From positions 20,775 to 84,774 of the forward strand of contig JAPOXA010000007.1 of the NCBI GenBank assembly GCA_026707325.1: a DNA stretch of 64,000 nucleotides. Reading direction: 5' to 3'. The notes beneath the pieces were generated by a model. The model was given only the letters and a program-made list of their open reading frames with translations, did not search any database and had not been told where the DNA came from. Origin of the DNA: Acidobacteriota bacterium. GTDB taxonomy: Bacteria; Acidobacteriota; Thermoanaerobaculia; Multivoradales; Multivoraceae. The position numbers and the translations under genes are program-made. Positions within the stretch are counted from its first letter, which is position 1. Each line of letters begins with the position of its first letter. Positions 36,884 through 47,970 of the stretch are shown here, piece by piece.

Positions 36884-37399
36884 TCAACCACGTTCCGGCG
36901 ACGCGGCGGCCGCCTTCACGACTCGCTCCAGCGGCCGGCGGTGGAGGTAGCAGAGGGCGGCGGCCAGAGCGTCGGATGCGTCGGCGCTGCGCCGCACCGG
37001 CACTGGCCCCAGCAGCACGTCGACCATGCGGGAGACCTGGGTCTTGTCGGCCCGGCCACTGCCGCAGACCGCGTGCTTGACCTCGGCCGGCGAGAACTCG
37101 CGGACGTCCAGGCCATGCCGCCCAAGCACGGACAGGATGACGCCCCGGGCCTGAGCCAGCGCGATCAGGGAGCGGCTGTTGCGCCCGTGAAAGAGGGACT
37201 CGAGCACCGCCGCCGCCGGCTGCCAGCGGTCGAGCGTCTCCTCGACGCCCTCCGCCAATCGCGCCATGCGCGCCGCCGGTGTCGGCTCGGAAGCGAGGGC
37301 GATCCGGCCCGCGTCCAGTTGGCGAACCCTCGACCCCTCCTGCTCCACCACGCCGAACCCCGTGTAGCGACTCCCGGGATCGATCCCGAGGACGATCAC
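36884..37399 (-). CDS. ruvC: Holliday junction resolvase
   Basis: LGIDPGS, ESLF, LAQARGV, GSGRADKTQV, DASDALAAA. Confidence 0.95.
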   Translation of the reverse strand: MIVLGIDPGSRYTGFGVVEQEGSRVRQLDAGRIALASEPTPAARMARLAEGVEETLDRWQPAAAVLESLFHGRNSRSLIALAQARGVILSVLGRHGLDVREFSPAEVKHAVCGSGRADKTQVSRMVDVLLGPVPVRRSADASDALAAALCYLHRRPLERVVKAAAASPERG

Positions 37400-37418
37400 G
37401 GCAACGCCACGGAGACGG

Positions 37419-38183
37419 TCAGGACGCCAGCCGCTCGAGCAGTTCGTCGTCCAGGTCGAAGTTGGCCCAGACGTTCTGCACGTCGTCCTGATCCTCCAGC
37501 GCATCGATCAGGCGCATGAGCGGACCCGCGCCCCCTTCGTCTACCTGGACCAGGTTCTGCGGTTCCATCGTCAGTTGCGCGACGGTCGCGGTCAGGCCGC
37601 GCTCCTCGATCGCATCCTTCGTCGCATGGAACGCCTCGACCGAGGTGTAGACGCTATAGCTCTCGTCCTCGACGGAGAAGTCCTCCGCCTCGAGTTCGAG
37701 GGCAAGCTCGACCAGCGCTTCCTCGTCCACGCCGGAGCCTTCGAGGGCAGCGCGATCGAAGGCGAAGAAGCCGCGACGATGGAACATCCAGGCGACGCAG
37801 CCGTTCTCGCCCAGGTTGCCGCCGTGCTTGGTGAACAGGTGCCGGACCTCCGAAACGGTCCGGTTCCGGTTGTCGGTGAGGGTCTCGACCAGCACCGCCA
37901 CGCCGCCGGGGCCGTACCCCTCGTAGGTGACTTCCTCGTAGGACACGCCTTCGAGTTCTCCGGTGCCCTTCCTGATCGCCCTGTCGATGTTGTCTCCCGG
38001 CACGTTCTGCGCTTTCGCCTCCGACAGGGCGTGACGGAGTCTCGGGTTGCCCGAGGGATCGCCCCCGCCGAGCCGGGCGGCCACCGACACCTCTTTCAGG
38101 ATGCGAGTGAAGACCTTGCTGCGACGGGCGTCCTGGGCCGCCTTCTTGTGCTTGATCGTGCTCCACTTGCTGTGACCGGACAT
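37419..38183 (-). CDS. yebC: YebC/PmpR family protein
   Basis: MSGHSKWSTIKHKK, YEGYGPGG, TDNRNRT, DDVQNV. Confidence 0.96.
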   Translation of the reverse strand: MSGHSKWSTIKHKKAAQDARRSKVFTRILKEVSVAARLGGGDPSGNPRLRHALSEAKAQNVPGDNIDRAIRKGTGELEGVSYEEVTYEGYGPGGVAVLVETLTDNRNRTVSEVRHLFTKHGGNLGENGCVAWMFHRRGFFAFDRAALEGSGVDEEALVELALELEAEDFSVEDESYSVYTSVEAFHATKDAIEERGLTATVAQLTMEPQNLVQVDEGGAGPLMRLIDALEDQDDVQNVWANFDLDDELLERLAS

Positions 38184-38197
38184 CGCTCGTTTATCTT

Positions 38198-39490
38198 ATG
38201 CTGCGCCGCCACGTGACCGGCGCGACCAAACCCTCGGCGAGCGAGATCCTCGACCGCCTCGAAGTCTGGGGACAGAAGCTCGGCCTCGACGCCACGCGGA
38301 GCCTGCTCGACGTGCTCGGCAGGCCGCAGCAGCGCGTGCCGGCGGTGCTGGTCGCGGGGACCAACGGCAAGGGTTCGACCAGCGCCGCGCTCGCCTCGAT
38401 CCTGAGCGCCGCCGGCTTCCGCTGCGGCCTCTACACCTCGCCGCACCTCGAGCACGTCGAGGAGCGGCTCCGGATCGACGGCACGGCGATATCGGAGACC
38501 GAACTCGGGCACTGGCTCCGGCGTGTGCTGGACGCGGCCGGCGAGGCCCCGCCGACCTACTTCGAGAGCCTGACCGCGGCGGCCTGGCTGCACTTCGCCC
38601 ATCACGGCGTGGACGCCGCGGTGTTCGAGGTCGGCCTGGGCGGTCGGCTCGACGCGACGAACGTCTCGGACCCCCTGCTCTCCGTGATCACCCAGGTAGC
38701 GCGTGACCACGCACACCAATTGGGCTGGACCCTGACCTCCATCGCCGGCGAGAAGGCCGGCGTGATGCGTCCCGGCCGCACCTGCCTGACCTGGCCCGGC
38801 CGGCCGGAGGTGGAGCGTGAGCTTCACCGCTGCGCGGCGGTCTGCGGCGCGCGTCTCGTCGACGCGAGCGTCGGTGCCGAGCTCGACCGTCTTCAGGCGC
38901 CACTGGCCGGCCGCCACCAGTTCGGCAACGTCGCGCTCGCGATTCGGGCCGCGGAGGAGTTCTGCGCCCTCGCCGAAAGCGAACTCCCCGCCGCAGCCGT
39001 GAGGAATGGCGTCGACGCACTGCGCTGGCCCGGCCGCCTGGAATGGGTCGATCTGGAGGCCCATGGGGCACGCCGCCGGGTGCTCTTCGATGCCGCCCAC
39101 AACCCTGCCGGCGCGGCCGCGCTCCGCACCTACCTCGACGAGACCGGGCTCCGGTTCGATCTCCTCTACGGATCGCTCGCCGAGAAGGAGCCGGAACTGT
39201 GCCTTCCCGTACTGGCCGAGAAGGCGGATCGGGTCGCGCTGACGGCGTTCGACCACCCCAGGGCGGCGTCGCCTGAAACGCTGGCGCCGCTGCTGCCGGC
39301 AGGTCGCGCCGCCATCCATGAAGACGCCTCGAACGCACTCGAACGCTGCCTCGCGGCACCGTCGAGTCCAGACCACGCCCTTGTCGTCACCGGCTCGTTG
39401 TACCTCGTCGGCGAGGTCCGATCGGCCCTGCGCGGCCGCTACAACGTACCTCCCGCCGCAAGGAAAGTGGTCACGGGCTTCCGGCCGTAG
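38198..39490 (+). CDS. folC: Folylpolyglutamate synthase/dihydrofolate synthase
   Basis: AGTNGKGS, YTSPHL, EVGLGGRLDATN, WPGRLE, DAAHNP, GSLYLVG. Confidence 0.95.
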   Translation: MLRRHVTGATKPSASEILDRLEVWGQKLGLDATRSLLDVLGRPQQRVPAVLVAGTNGKGSTSAALASILSAAGFRCGLYTSPHLEHVEERLRIDGTAISETELGHWLRRVLDAAGEAPPTYFESLTAAAWLHFAHHGVDAAVFEVGLGGRLDATNVSDPLLSVITQVARDHAHQLGWTLTSIAGEKAGVMRPGRTCLTWPGRPEVERELHRCAAVCGARLVDASVGAELDRLQAPLAGRHQFGNVALAIRAAEEFCALAESELPAAAVRNGVDALRWPGRLEWVDLEAHGARRRVLFDAAHNPAGAAALRTYLDETGLRFDLLYGSLAEKEPELCLPVLAEKADRVALTAFDHPRAASPETLAPLLPAGRAAIHEDASNALERCLAAPSSPDHALVVTGSLYLVGEVRSALRGRYNVPPAARKVVTGFRP

Positions 39491-39929
39491 CCGGGTCAGC
39501 GCCGCTGTCGATCTTCGCGACGCGAGCGGTGTGGCGGTCGCCGTCGAAGGGCGTGTCGAGGAAGACCTCGAGGAGTTCGGTCGCCTGGCCGGCGCCGAGG
39601 ACGCGGGCGCCGAGGGCCAGGACGTTCGCGTCGTTGTGGGCGCGGGACATGCGCGCCGTGAAGCTGTCGGTGGGGTTGACGGCCCGGACGCCCGCGAAGC
39701 GATTCGCCGACATCGCCATGCCGACTCCCGTGCCGCAGACGAGCAGTCCGCGGTCGGCCTCTCCGGCGGCGAGGGCGCGGGCGACCTGGGCCGCCTTGTC
39801 CGGATAGTCGACGGACCCGGAACCGTCGGCGCCGAAGTCCACGAACTCGATGCCGCGCGCCCGCAGCACCTCGCCGAGCTGGTTCTTCAGCTCGACCCCG
39901 GCGTGATCCGCGCCGACCGCGAACTTCAT
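39471..39929 (-). CDS. rpiB: Ribose-5-phosphate isomerase B
   Basis: GADHAG, VDYPD, CGTGVG, RAHNDANVLALG, RH..RV.KI. Confidence 0.95.
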   Translation of the reverse strand: MKFAVGADHAGVELKNQLGEVLRARGIEFVDFGADGSGSVDYPDKAAQVARALAAGEADRGLLVCGTGVGMAMSANRFAGVRAVNPTDSFTARMSRAHNDANVLALGARVLGAGQATELLEVFLDTPFDGDRHTARVAKIDSGADPATAGSP

Positions 39930-39937
39930 CCGCCGGG

Positions 39938-40174
39938 CTACTCCCCGGACTCCGTTTCCGGTTCCGGCTCGGGCGGCGCTGGCGACGCCTTGGTCTTCTT
40001 GCTCGACGCCTTCTTGCTCGACGCCTTCTTCCTGGACGCCTTGGCCTTGGTCCGCCGCACCTTCACCGCCCGCGGCGCCGCCTCCCGGGCCGCGGCCTCC
40101 TCGCGGCGGCGCTGCTTGAGGCGCTTCAGCCGGCGCTGGCGGCGACGACGGAGTTTGCGGTCCTTCTCTCTCAT
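39938..40174 (-). CDS. Small highly basic protein with a histone-H1-like tail
   Basis: ATG overlaps the purE stop (ATGA); MREKDRKLRRRRQRR..KASRKKASSKKASSKK; 78 aa. Confidence 0.6.
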   Translation of the reverse strand: MREKDRKLRRRRQRRLKRLKQRRREEAAAREAAPRAVKVRRTKAKASRKKASSKKASSKKTKASPAPPEPEPETESGE

Positions 40175-40680
40175 TCCTGGAGCGTAACCGCATCCTGCCG
40201 CACGCGCTCGTCCGCGGCGGCAACGCGCTCGCCCATCCCGCCGCGGTAGCGCTGCAGCGCGGCGGCCAGATCCGGATCGCCGAGCGCCAGGATCTGGAGA
40301 GCCAGCAGGCCGGCGTTGTCGGCACGGTTCACGCCCACGGTAGCGACCGGGATCCCGGGGGGCATCTGCACGATCGCCAGCAGAGCGTCCACACCGTTCA
40401 GCGGACCGCTCGCCACCGGGACGCCGACCACCGGCAGGGTCGTCGCGGCGGCCACGACGCCCGGAAGCGCGGCGGCAACGCCGGCGCCGGCGATCAGCAC
40501 GCCGATGCCGCGTTCGGCCGCGCCTTCGGCCCACTCGGCCGTTTTCCGCGGGGTTCGGTGGGCCGAGAGAACCCGCGCCTCGCAGCCGACCCCGAAATCG
40601 GCGCAGACCTTCGCCGCCTTCTTCATCGTCGGCCAATCCGAGTCGCTGCCCATGACGATGCCCACTCTGATGTCGCTCAT
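40171..40680 (-). CDS. purE: N5-CAIR mutase
   Basis: VMGSDSDW, SAHRTP, LPGVVA, IVQMPPGIPVATV. Confidence 0.96.
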   Translation of the reverse strand: MSDIRVGIVMGSDSDWPTMKKAAKVCADFGVGCEARVLSAHRTPRKTAEWAEGAAERGIGVLIAGAGVAAALPGVVAAATTLPVVGVPVASGPLNGVDALLAIVQMPPGIPVATVGVNRADNAGLLALQILALGDPDLAAALQRYRGGMGERVAAADERVRQDAVTLQE

Positions 40681-40743
40681 TCGCTCCTGATCTCCGGGTT
40701 GCTGCTGGTGATGTGTCGATGTGTCGTCCGTGACGCCGCTCGC

Positions 40744-42330
<1,587 letters not shown>

Positions 42331-42407
42331 CCGATCGGCTTTCATACCACAGGCGCGCAAGGGGAACCTCACGTACCGCCGGCGGCCGGTTCCGCACGAA
42401 GTACCCC

Positions 42408-42413
42408 TAGAAT
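42408..42413 (+). promoter_or_regulatory. Putative -10 box of a leaderless transcript (TAGAAT, 7 nt before ATG 42421)
   Basis: TAGAAT-CCAGGCG-ATG with no SD. Confidence 0.5.
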
Positions 42414-42420
42414 CCAGGCG

Positions 42421-43761
42421 ATGAGGTCGAACGCCAACGGTGCCGAGCAGCGGCCGCTGCTGACCTCCGACGTTGCCGCCCCGGCCGACGCCCTGACCCG
42501 ACTGGTCGCCCGCGGAGACCAGGAGTTCGAGGCGTTCTTCGAGCGCGTCGAGAGCGTCGAGCTGCTGCCGAAGGGCGCTCCCAACCGTGTCCGGCTGAGG
42601 AAGGAACAGGGGCTCGCGGTGAGGAAGATCGAGAACGGGAGGAGCCGTCTGGCGGCGGCCGACACGATCTCGGGACCCGCCTTCGCCGCCTGCTGCGACC
42701 GGGTGGCGGGAACGACGCGGTCGATCGGCACGACACCGCCGCGAATCAGGACCGGCAGGTGGCCGGCGCTGCGCCTGGCCCAGATCGAACAGGCGGAATC
42801 CAGGCTCACCCGCGCCGTGAACCGGCGGCGCGTCGGATTCCCGATGGAGATCACCGCGCGCCGTCATCGCCGGCAGGTACAGGTCATCCGCAGCCGGATG
42901 GCCGCGCCGCCGCAGTTCGAGGAGTACTTCAGCCTGCACGTGAAGACGCCGTGGGGCGTCTGGGGCGGTCTGCTGCCGTCGCTCGCGGCCGAGGACCTGG
43001 ACCCGGTCGCCCTCTGCCTCGTCGACCGGCTGCGCTCGCGAGGCCTGCCGCCCCACCGGCCCGGTCCCGGCGTCATCGTCCTCGGGCCCAACGCCGCCGC
43101 GGTCCTGCTCCACGAAGTCGTCGCGCACGCGCTGGAGGCGGACACCCTGGCCCTCTCCGGCTCTCCGGACCAGGTTGTCGGGCTGAAGCTCGGTGGCCCC
43201 GAGCTCGACGTGGTCGACGATCCGCGTTCCGCGCCGCTGGCCTGCAAGCGCTCGAGCGACGACGAGGGCACGGCGACGATCAGCCGCTGGCTGCTCAGGC
43301 GCGGCCGGGTCCGGCAACCCCTGGCCGACCTTGCCTGGGCCGAGCGCTGCCCGAGCATGATCCCGGGCGCCGCCCGCCGGGCGAGCCGGCATCGGCTCCC
43401 CGGACCGCGCACCACCCACCTCGAACTGCTTCCCGGCGCCATTCCCGAGAGGGAGCTCTTCGCCGAGGCCGCGGGCGGCCTCTACATCGGCGAGTTCGAC
43501 AGGGGCAATCTGGATCCCTTCGACGGCCGGTGCGTGCTCCGGGCGCCGTGCGGCCGGCGAATCGGAGCGACCGGACCGCGTGACCACACGGGTCCGATCG
43601 AGATCCGGTCGCGGGCCGTCGATCTTCTCGCGGCGGTCGCCGCGGTCGGGGATCGTCCGCTCGCGGGCGGCGCCGGTTGGTGCGCGAAGGACGGCGCACT
43701 GCTGCCGGTCTGGGCCCGCTGCCCGTCGGTCCGCCTCGAAGGACTGCAGGTGGCCGATTGA
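42421..43761 (+). CDS. TldD-family metalloprotease (divergent)
   Basis: [13 protein letters not shown] (HExxxH), DDEG, C-terminal GWCAKDG..PV..P. Confidence 0.82.
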   Translation: MRSNANGAEQRPLLTSDVAAPADALTRLVARGDQEFEAFFERVESVELLPKGAPNRVRLRKEQGLAVRKIENGRSRLAAADTISGPAFAACCDRVAGTTRSIGTTPPRIRTGRWPALRLAQIEQAESRLTRAVNRRRVGFPMEITARRHRRQVQVIRSRMAAPPQFEEYFSLHVKTPWGVWGGLLPSLAAEDLDPVALCLVDRLRSRGLPPHRPGPGVIVLGPNAAAVLLHEVVAHALEADTLALSGSPDQVVGLKLGGPELDVVDDPRSAPLACKRSSDDEGTATISRWLLRRGRVRQPLADLAWAERCPSMIPGAARRASRHRLPGPRTTHLELLPGAIPERELFAEAAGGLYIGEFDRGNLDPFDGRCVLRAPCGRRIGATGPRDHTGPIEIRSRAVDLLAAVAAVGDRPLAGGAGWCAKDGALLPVWARCPSVRLEGLQVAD

Positions 43762-45188
43762 AGTCCGCTCGGCTGCCCGGCACGCGGAGCCTCAAGCTGG
43801 CCTTGGGCGCGGTGCGCGAGCGGACCGGCGCCGCCGGTGCCGAGCTCTACGTGAAGGTCGGACGGACCCGCCGGATAGAGATCGATCCCTGGACGACGCC
43901 CCCGCCCGCCGACCCGGACGACCTGCCTGCCCAGGTGTCCATCCTGGACGAGCGGGGGTGGGCGCTGCGCGCCGGAGGCGCCAACCGCGCCCTTTTTCTC
44001 GCCGACTCCGGGCCCCTCCCGGAGCCGAACGGATGGAAGCGCCTCAGCCGCCACTCCCTGCGGCCGGGCACCCTCAGGCTGCCGGCGCCATCCCCCGAAA
44101 CCTCGCCCGGGACTACGCCGTCCGCGAGTGCCGGCGCGGGCGAACGCGAGCCGGACGACGAGGAAGCGGCCGGCCTGGCACTCCTGCAAGGCGTCCTGCG
44201 GCGTCTCGGCGAGCGCATGCCCGAGGCCCGTCTCATCCGGGGTCGGCTGGATTGCGGAGCCAGCGCCGCGGTGCTCGCCAGCACGACCGGCGTCACCGGA
44301 CGGACCGCGCTGCGGCTCGCAACGGTTGAACTGGACTTCGCCGCTTCACGGGACGGCCGTCTTGGACACTGCAGGCTCTACCGCGCGGCCTCGAACCTCC
44401 ACCTGCTCAGCGCCGACTCCATCGCGAGCGAGATCGCGGAGCGTCTGACGCTGGTGACGGCCCCCGCTCCACCCTTCCTGCCGGCCGGCGAGGTCGCCGT
44501 GTCGCCGGCACTCGGCTGCTACCTGCTGGCCCTGCTCGCGCCTCTGCTGCGGGGGCGCAACGGCTGGCGGCGGCTGCGGAAACTCGGCGCCGACCGGCCG
44601 CTCGGGCCGCCGCAATTGCAGATCGTGGACGACGGCGCCCTCGATGCGGGCTGGATGAGCGCGGCGCTGGACGACGAGGGCGTGCCGACCCGGGCCGTGG
44701 CCCTGGTACACGACGGCGAACCCGGCGAGCCCCTCCTGAGCTGGGAGGACGACGGCTGGTCGGGCTTCGCCGCCGCCGGCTGCCGGCGCAGGTCGGGATG
44801 GCGAGCGCTACCGGAACTCTGCCACTCCCACCTCTACATCGCGGGCGGCTCCGAACCCGCGGAGTCGATCCGGACCGGCATCGTGCATGGCTGCTACCTG
44901 CTGGACAGGGTGCCCGACGGCCAGTGTCATGCGACGTTCGAACCCTCGACGAACGGCAGCGCAGGACGTCTGGGAGAGGGACACTTCAAAGTCGACGCGA
45001 TCGGCCTGGTCATCCGTCGCGGCGCCGTCCTGGGCGAGGCCCCCAGGGTGAGGCTGACCGGCTCCGTGCGGCAACTGCTCCAGGGCATCCGCGCCATCGG
45101 CGACGATCTTCGCTTCCTGCCCGCGCCCGGGGCAGTCGGCGCTCCGACCCTGCTGCTGACCGGGCTGCAGGTCGAGGCGATCGGCTAG
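43758..45188 (+). CDS. PmbA/TldE-family partner protein (divergent)
   Basis: [29 protein letters not shown]; lacks HExxH; TTG overlaps the TldD stop. Confidence 0.78.
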   Translation: MKSARLPGTRSLKLALGAVRERTGAAGAELYVKVGRTRRIEIDPWTTPPPADPDDLPAQVSILDERGWALRAGGANRALFLADSGPLPEPNGWKRLSRHSLRPGTLRLPAPSPETSPGTTPSASAGAGEREPDDEEAAGLALLQGVLRRLGERMPEARLIRGRLDCGASAAVLASTTGVTGRTALRLATVELDFAASRDGRLGHCRLYRAASNLHLLSADSIASEIAERLTLVTAPAPPFLPAGEVAVSPALGCYLLALLAPLLRGRNGWRRLRKLGADRPLGPPQLQIVDDGALDAGWMSAALDDEGVPTRAVALVHDGEPGEPLLSWEDDGWSGFAAAGCRRRSGWRALPELCHSHLYIAGGSEPAESIRTGIVHGCYLLDRVPDGQCHATFEPSTNGSAGRLGEGHFKVDAIGLVIRRGAVLGEAPRVRLTGSVRQLLQGIRAIGDDLRFLPAPGAVGAPTLLLTGLQVEAIG

Positions 45189-45202
45189 GTCGGACAGCAT
45201 GG

Positions 45203-45313
45203 TCGCCGCTTCGCGGCGTTTTCTTCCGCGGGTCAGAAGACCCACGGTCACCTGCCTGCGGCGCAAGTTCACCGGGGGTCAGAAGACCCCCGGCTACAGA
45301 CCCGCGCACCCAG
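45203..45313 (-). repeat. Composite REP-like element with nested GTAG-type hairpins, copy 8
   Basis: Minus strand CTGGGTGCGCGGGTC-TGTAGCCGGGGGTCTTCTGACCCCCGG...CCGTGGGTCTTCTGACCCGCGG; between convergent genes. Confidence 0.75.
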
Positions 45314-46567
45314 CTACGGGGCGGGGACCGGGTGGCGGCGGATCGTCGTCTCGAGCTGCGCGCTGCTGCGAGCGCTGGGCTGGAAACGTCCACCGCTGCC
45401 GCGGAAAGTCCCGGCCGCGGGAGGAGTCGACTGCCTGCCGCCGGGGCCGACCGGCGTTCCGAGCTGAACGCCGCCGCGGGAACCCCCGAGCGGGATCGCC
45501 TGTGCCGGAGCGCCGCCCGGCCGCGCACCGGTCACCATGGGAGCGGCTCCGAGCGTGCGCGTTCGCAGGTGATCCCGGGTGAAGACCCGCGGCCGCTCCC
45601 CGGTGCGCCCTGCGTCCGACTCACGCTCAGAGTCGGCGGTTTGCAGCTTTGCGTCGCCGGCGTCCCAGTCCGTTTCGAGGGCCTGGAGGGGAGCGGCGCG
45701 GTCGAGCGGCCCGTTCAGGACACGGTCGCTGGTGGCCGGCGCCGGCAAGCTCCCCGGCGACTGGATCACTCTTCTTATGCCGTCGGCGCGCGCGCCCTCG
45801 CCTCCGGGCACCCGGCTCGCTCTCCGGGGAAGATCCCCGTCCGGCTCGGACGTCTCTGTTGCCTCCGCCGCCTCGACGGCGCCGCCCGCGTCACCGGCCG
45901 CCGCTTCCTGCTCCACCCTCGGCAACAGCAGGCTGCTGATGCGGCCCGGTTGGGAGTAGGTGCGCGGCGGCAGGGTCTCGAGCCGGCTTCGGTCCGCCTT
46001 GAGGAGCACTTCGGTGGCGAACCGGTTGACCGCGAAGTGCGGGTTCACATCGGTGAAGGCGAGGCGCGTGTCCAGGCTCAGGGCGTGGACGTAGTGATCC
46101 ACGGCAGCGGCCGCGTCTCCGTCGTCGTCCGCGATCCGGCCGAGCTGGTAATGCGCCCAGGCGTTCCCCGGATCGAGTTCGACCGCCGTCTCGAGGTGCG
46201 CCGAGGCCAGCTCACTGTCGCCGGTCGTGTACGCGAGCAGCGCCAGGTTGTAGTGCGCGGGCGCCCAGGCGCCGTCCGCCGCGATCGCGGCCAGGTAGTG
46301 CTCGAACGCCCCCTCGACATCCCCGCGCAGTTCCAGCAGGTTCGCCAGGTCGTTCAGCGCGCTCGCGCGATCCGCGGACCGGGTCTGCTCGCCGACCACC
46401 TTGCGCTGCGCCGCGATCGCCAGGTCGAGGTTCCGGACCTCCGCCGTCGCAGGCTCGACCGTCTGCGCCGCGCCCTCCGGAACACCGCCGACCGGCAGGC
46501 CCGGCCCGGCCATCAGCCAGGCCAGCGCCAGCACCATCGCTCTCGACATCGTCTTCATGGCAGTCAT
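45314..46567 (-). CDS. Exported TPR protein with a long low-complexity C-terminus
   Basis: Signal-like N-terminus; TPRs (ALNDLANLL, AHYNLALL, AHYQLGRI); P/G/R-rich tail. Confidence 0.75.
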   Translation of the reverse strand: MTAMKTMSRAMVLALAWLMAGPGLPVGGVPEGAAQTVEPATAEVRNLDLAIAAQRKVVGEQTRSADRASALNDLANLLELRGDVEGAFEHYLAAIAADGAWAPAHYNLALLAYTTGDSELASAHLETAVELDPGNAWAHYQLGRIADDDGDAAAAVDHYVHALSLDTRLAFTDVNPHFAVNRFATEVLLKADRSRLETLPPRTYSQPGRISSLLLPRVEQEAAAGDAGGAVEAAEATETSEPDGDLPRRASRVPGGEGARADGIRRVIQSPGSLPAPATSDRVLNGPLDRAAPLQALETDWDAGDAKLQTADSERESDAGRTGERPRVFTRDHLRTRTLGAAPMVTGARPGGAPAQAIPLGGSRGGVQLGTPVGPGGRQSTPPAAGTFRGSGGRFQPSARSSAQLETTIRRHPVPAP

Positions 46568-46623
46568 GTGGCTCTTTCGCGCGGGGCGCGGGATCGGAGT
46601 TGGCGGATTAGGATCCGCAGGAC

Positions 46624-47961
46624 GTGAGTCAACTGCGACGACTACCTGCAGTCGGACATCTGCTGCAGGAGAGCCCGCTTGCCGAACTCACTGGATTATA
46701 CGGAAGGGAAGCGCTGAGGGTCCAAGCGACCCGCGTTCTCGACGCGGTGAGGGCCGAGATCCGGACCGGAATCGAGGACGACGAACTGGCGGAGAGAGTC
46801 CGCGAGATCCCGGAACGCGTCCGCGCCGCTCTGGAGGCCGAGGCGCCGCCGCTCAGGCGCGTGCTCAACGCGACGGGCATCTTCCTCCACACCAACCTGG
46901 GCCGGGCGCCCCTGCCCCGCCAAGTCGTCGCCGATCTGGCGGATCGCCTCGACGCGTACTGCGACCTGGAGATGAGCCTCGAGACGGGGCGGCGCAGCGA
47001 CCGCGGCAGGCGCGTCGAGAACCTCCTGCGCGCCCTCACCGGCGCCGAGGCGGCGCTGGTCGTCAACAACAACGCCGCCGCCCTGGCCCTGGCTCTCTCC
47101 AGCCTGGCGTCCGGCCGCGAGGTCCTGCTGTCCCGGGGCGAGATGGTCGAGATCGGCGGCTCGTTCCGGATTCCGGACATCCTCGAGGCGAGCGGCGCGC
47201 GCCTGGTCGAGGTCGGCACGACGAACCGCACCCGCATCGCCGACTACGAGCGTGCCCTCCGTCCGGGCGTCTCCCTGGTGCTCAAGGTGTACCCGAGCAA
47301 CTACCGGATCCGGGGCTTCGTCGAAGAGGTCGACCCCGCGACGCTCGCCGACTTCGCCCACCGCCACGACCTCCCGCTCCTGGTCGACGAGGGCAGCGGC
47401 ATGCTGCGAGCGGAGGCGACGCCCCGGCTCCTCCGCCACCAGAGCTTCCACGACCTGATCGAAGCCGGCTGCGACCTGGTCTGCGGCAGCGGCGACAAGC
47501 TCCTCGGCGGCCCTCAGGCGGGGCTGATCGCGGGTCGGGACTCGATCGTCGCGCGGCTCCGGCAGTCGCCCCTCTACCGGACGCTCCGGCCGGGAAGGCT
47601 GGTCCTGACCGCTCTGGACGCGGTGCTCCGGCGGCACCTCGCGGCGCGGCCCATGCCGATCGCGGCCCTGTGGCGCGACGACGAAGAGCATCGCCGCCGG
47701 GTCGAGGGGCTGGCCGTCCGGCTTGGCGGCGAGGCTGTGCGGGGCGGCGCCTACGTCGGCGGCGGTTCCGCGCCGGAGCAGGAGATCGAAGGCTGGGTGG
47801 TGGCCCTCGACGCCGCCGGCGATGTCGCCGCCCGGCTCCGCCAGGGCGAGCCGCCGGTCGTCGGTTACCAGCGCGAGGGCCGCCTGTTCCTCGACCTGCG
47901 GACCGTGGACCCGCGGGACGACGAAGCGCTGGCGTGCGCGGTGGAACGAGCGTTGGGCTAG
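46624..47961 (+). CDS. selA: L-seryl-tRNA(Sec) selenium transferase
   Basis: VLNATGIFLHTNLGRAP, VNNNAAA, SRGEMVEIGGSFRIPD, EVGTTNRT, SGDKLLGGPQAG, LDLRTV. Confidence 0.95.
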   Translation: MSQLRRLPAVGHLLQESPLAELTGLYGREALRVQATRVLDAVRAEIRTGIEDDELAERVREIPERVRAALEAEAPPLRRVLNATGIFLHTNLGRAPLPRQVVADLADRLDAYCDLEMSLETGRRSDRGRRVENLLRALTGAEAALVVNNNAAALALALSSLASGREVLLSRGEMVEIGGSFRIPDILEASGARLVEVGTTNRTRIADYERALRPGVSLVLKVYPSNYRIRGFVEEVDPATLADFAHRHDLPLLVDEGSGMLRAEATPRLLRHQSFHDLIEAGCDLVCGSGDKLLGGPQAGLIAGRDSIVARLRQSPLYRTLRPGRLVLTALDAVLRRHLAARPMPIAALWRDDEEHRRRVEGLAVRLGGEAVRGGAYVGGGSAPEQEIEGWVVALDAAGDVAARLRQGEPPVVGYQREGRLFLDLRTVDPRDDEALACAVERALG

Positions 47962-47970
47962 CGACCATCT

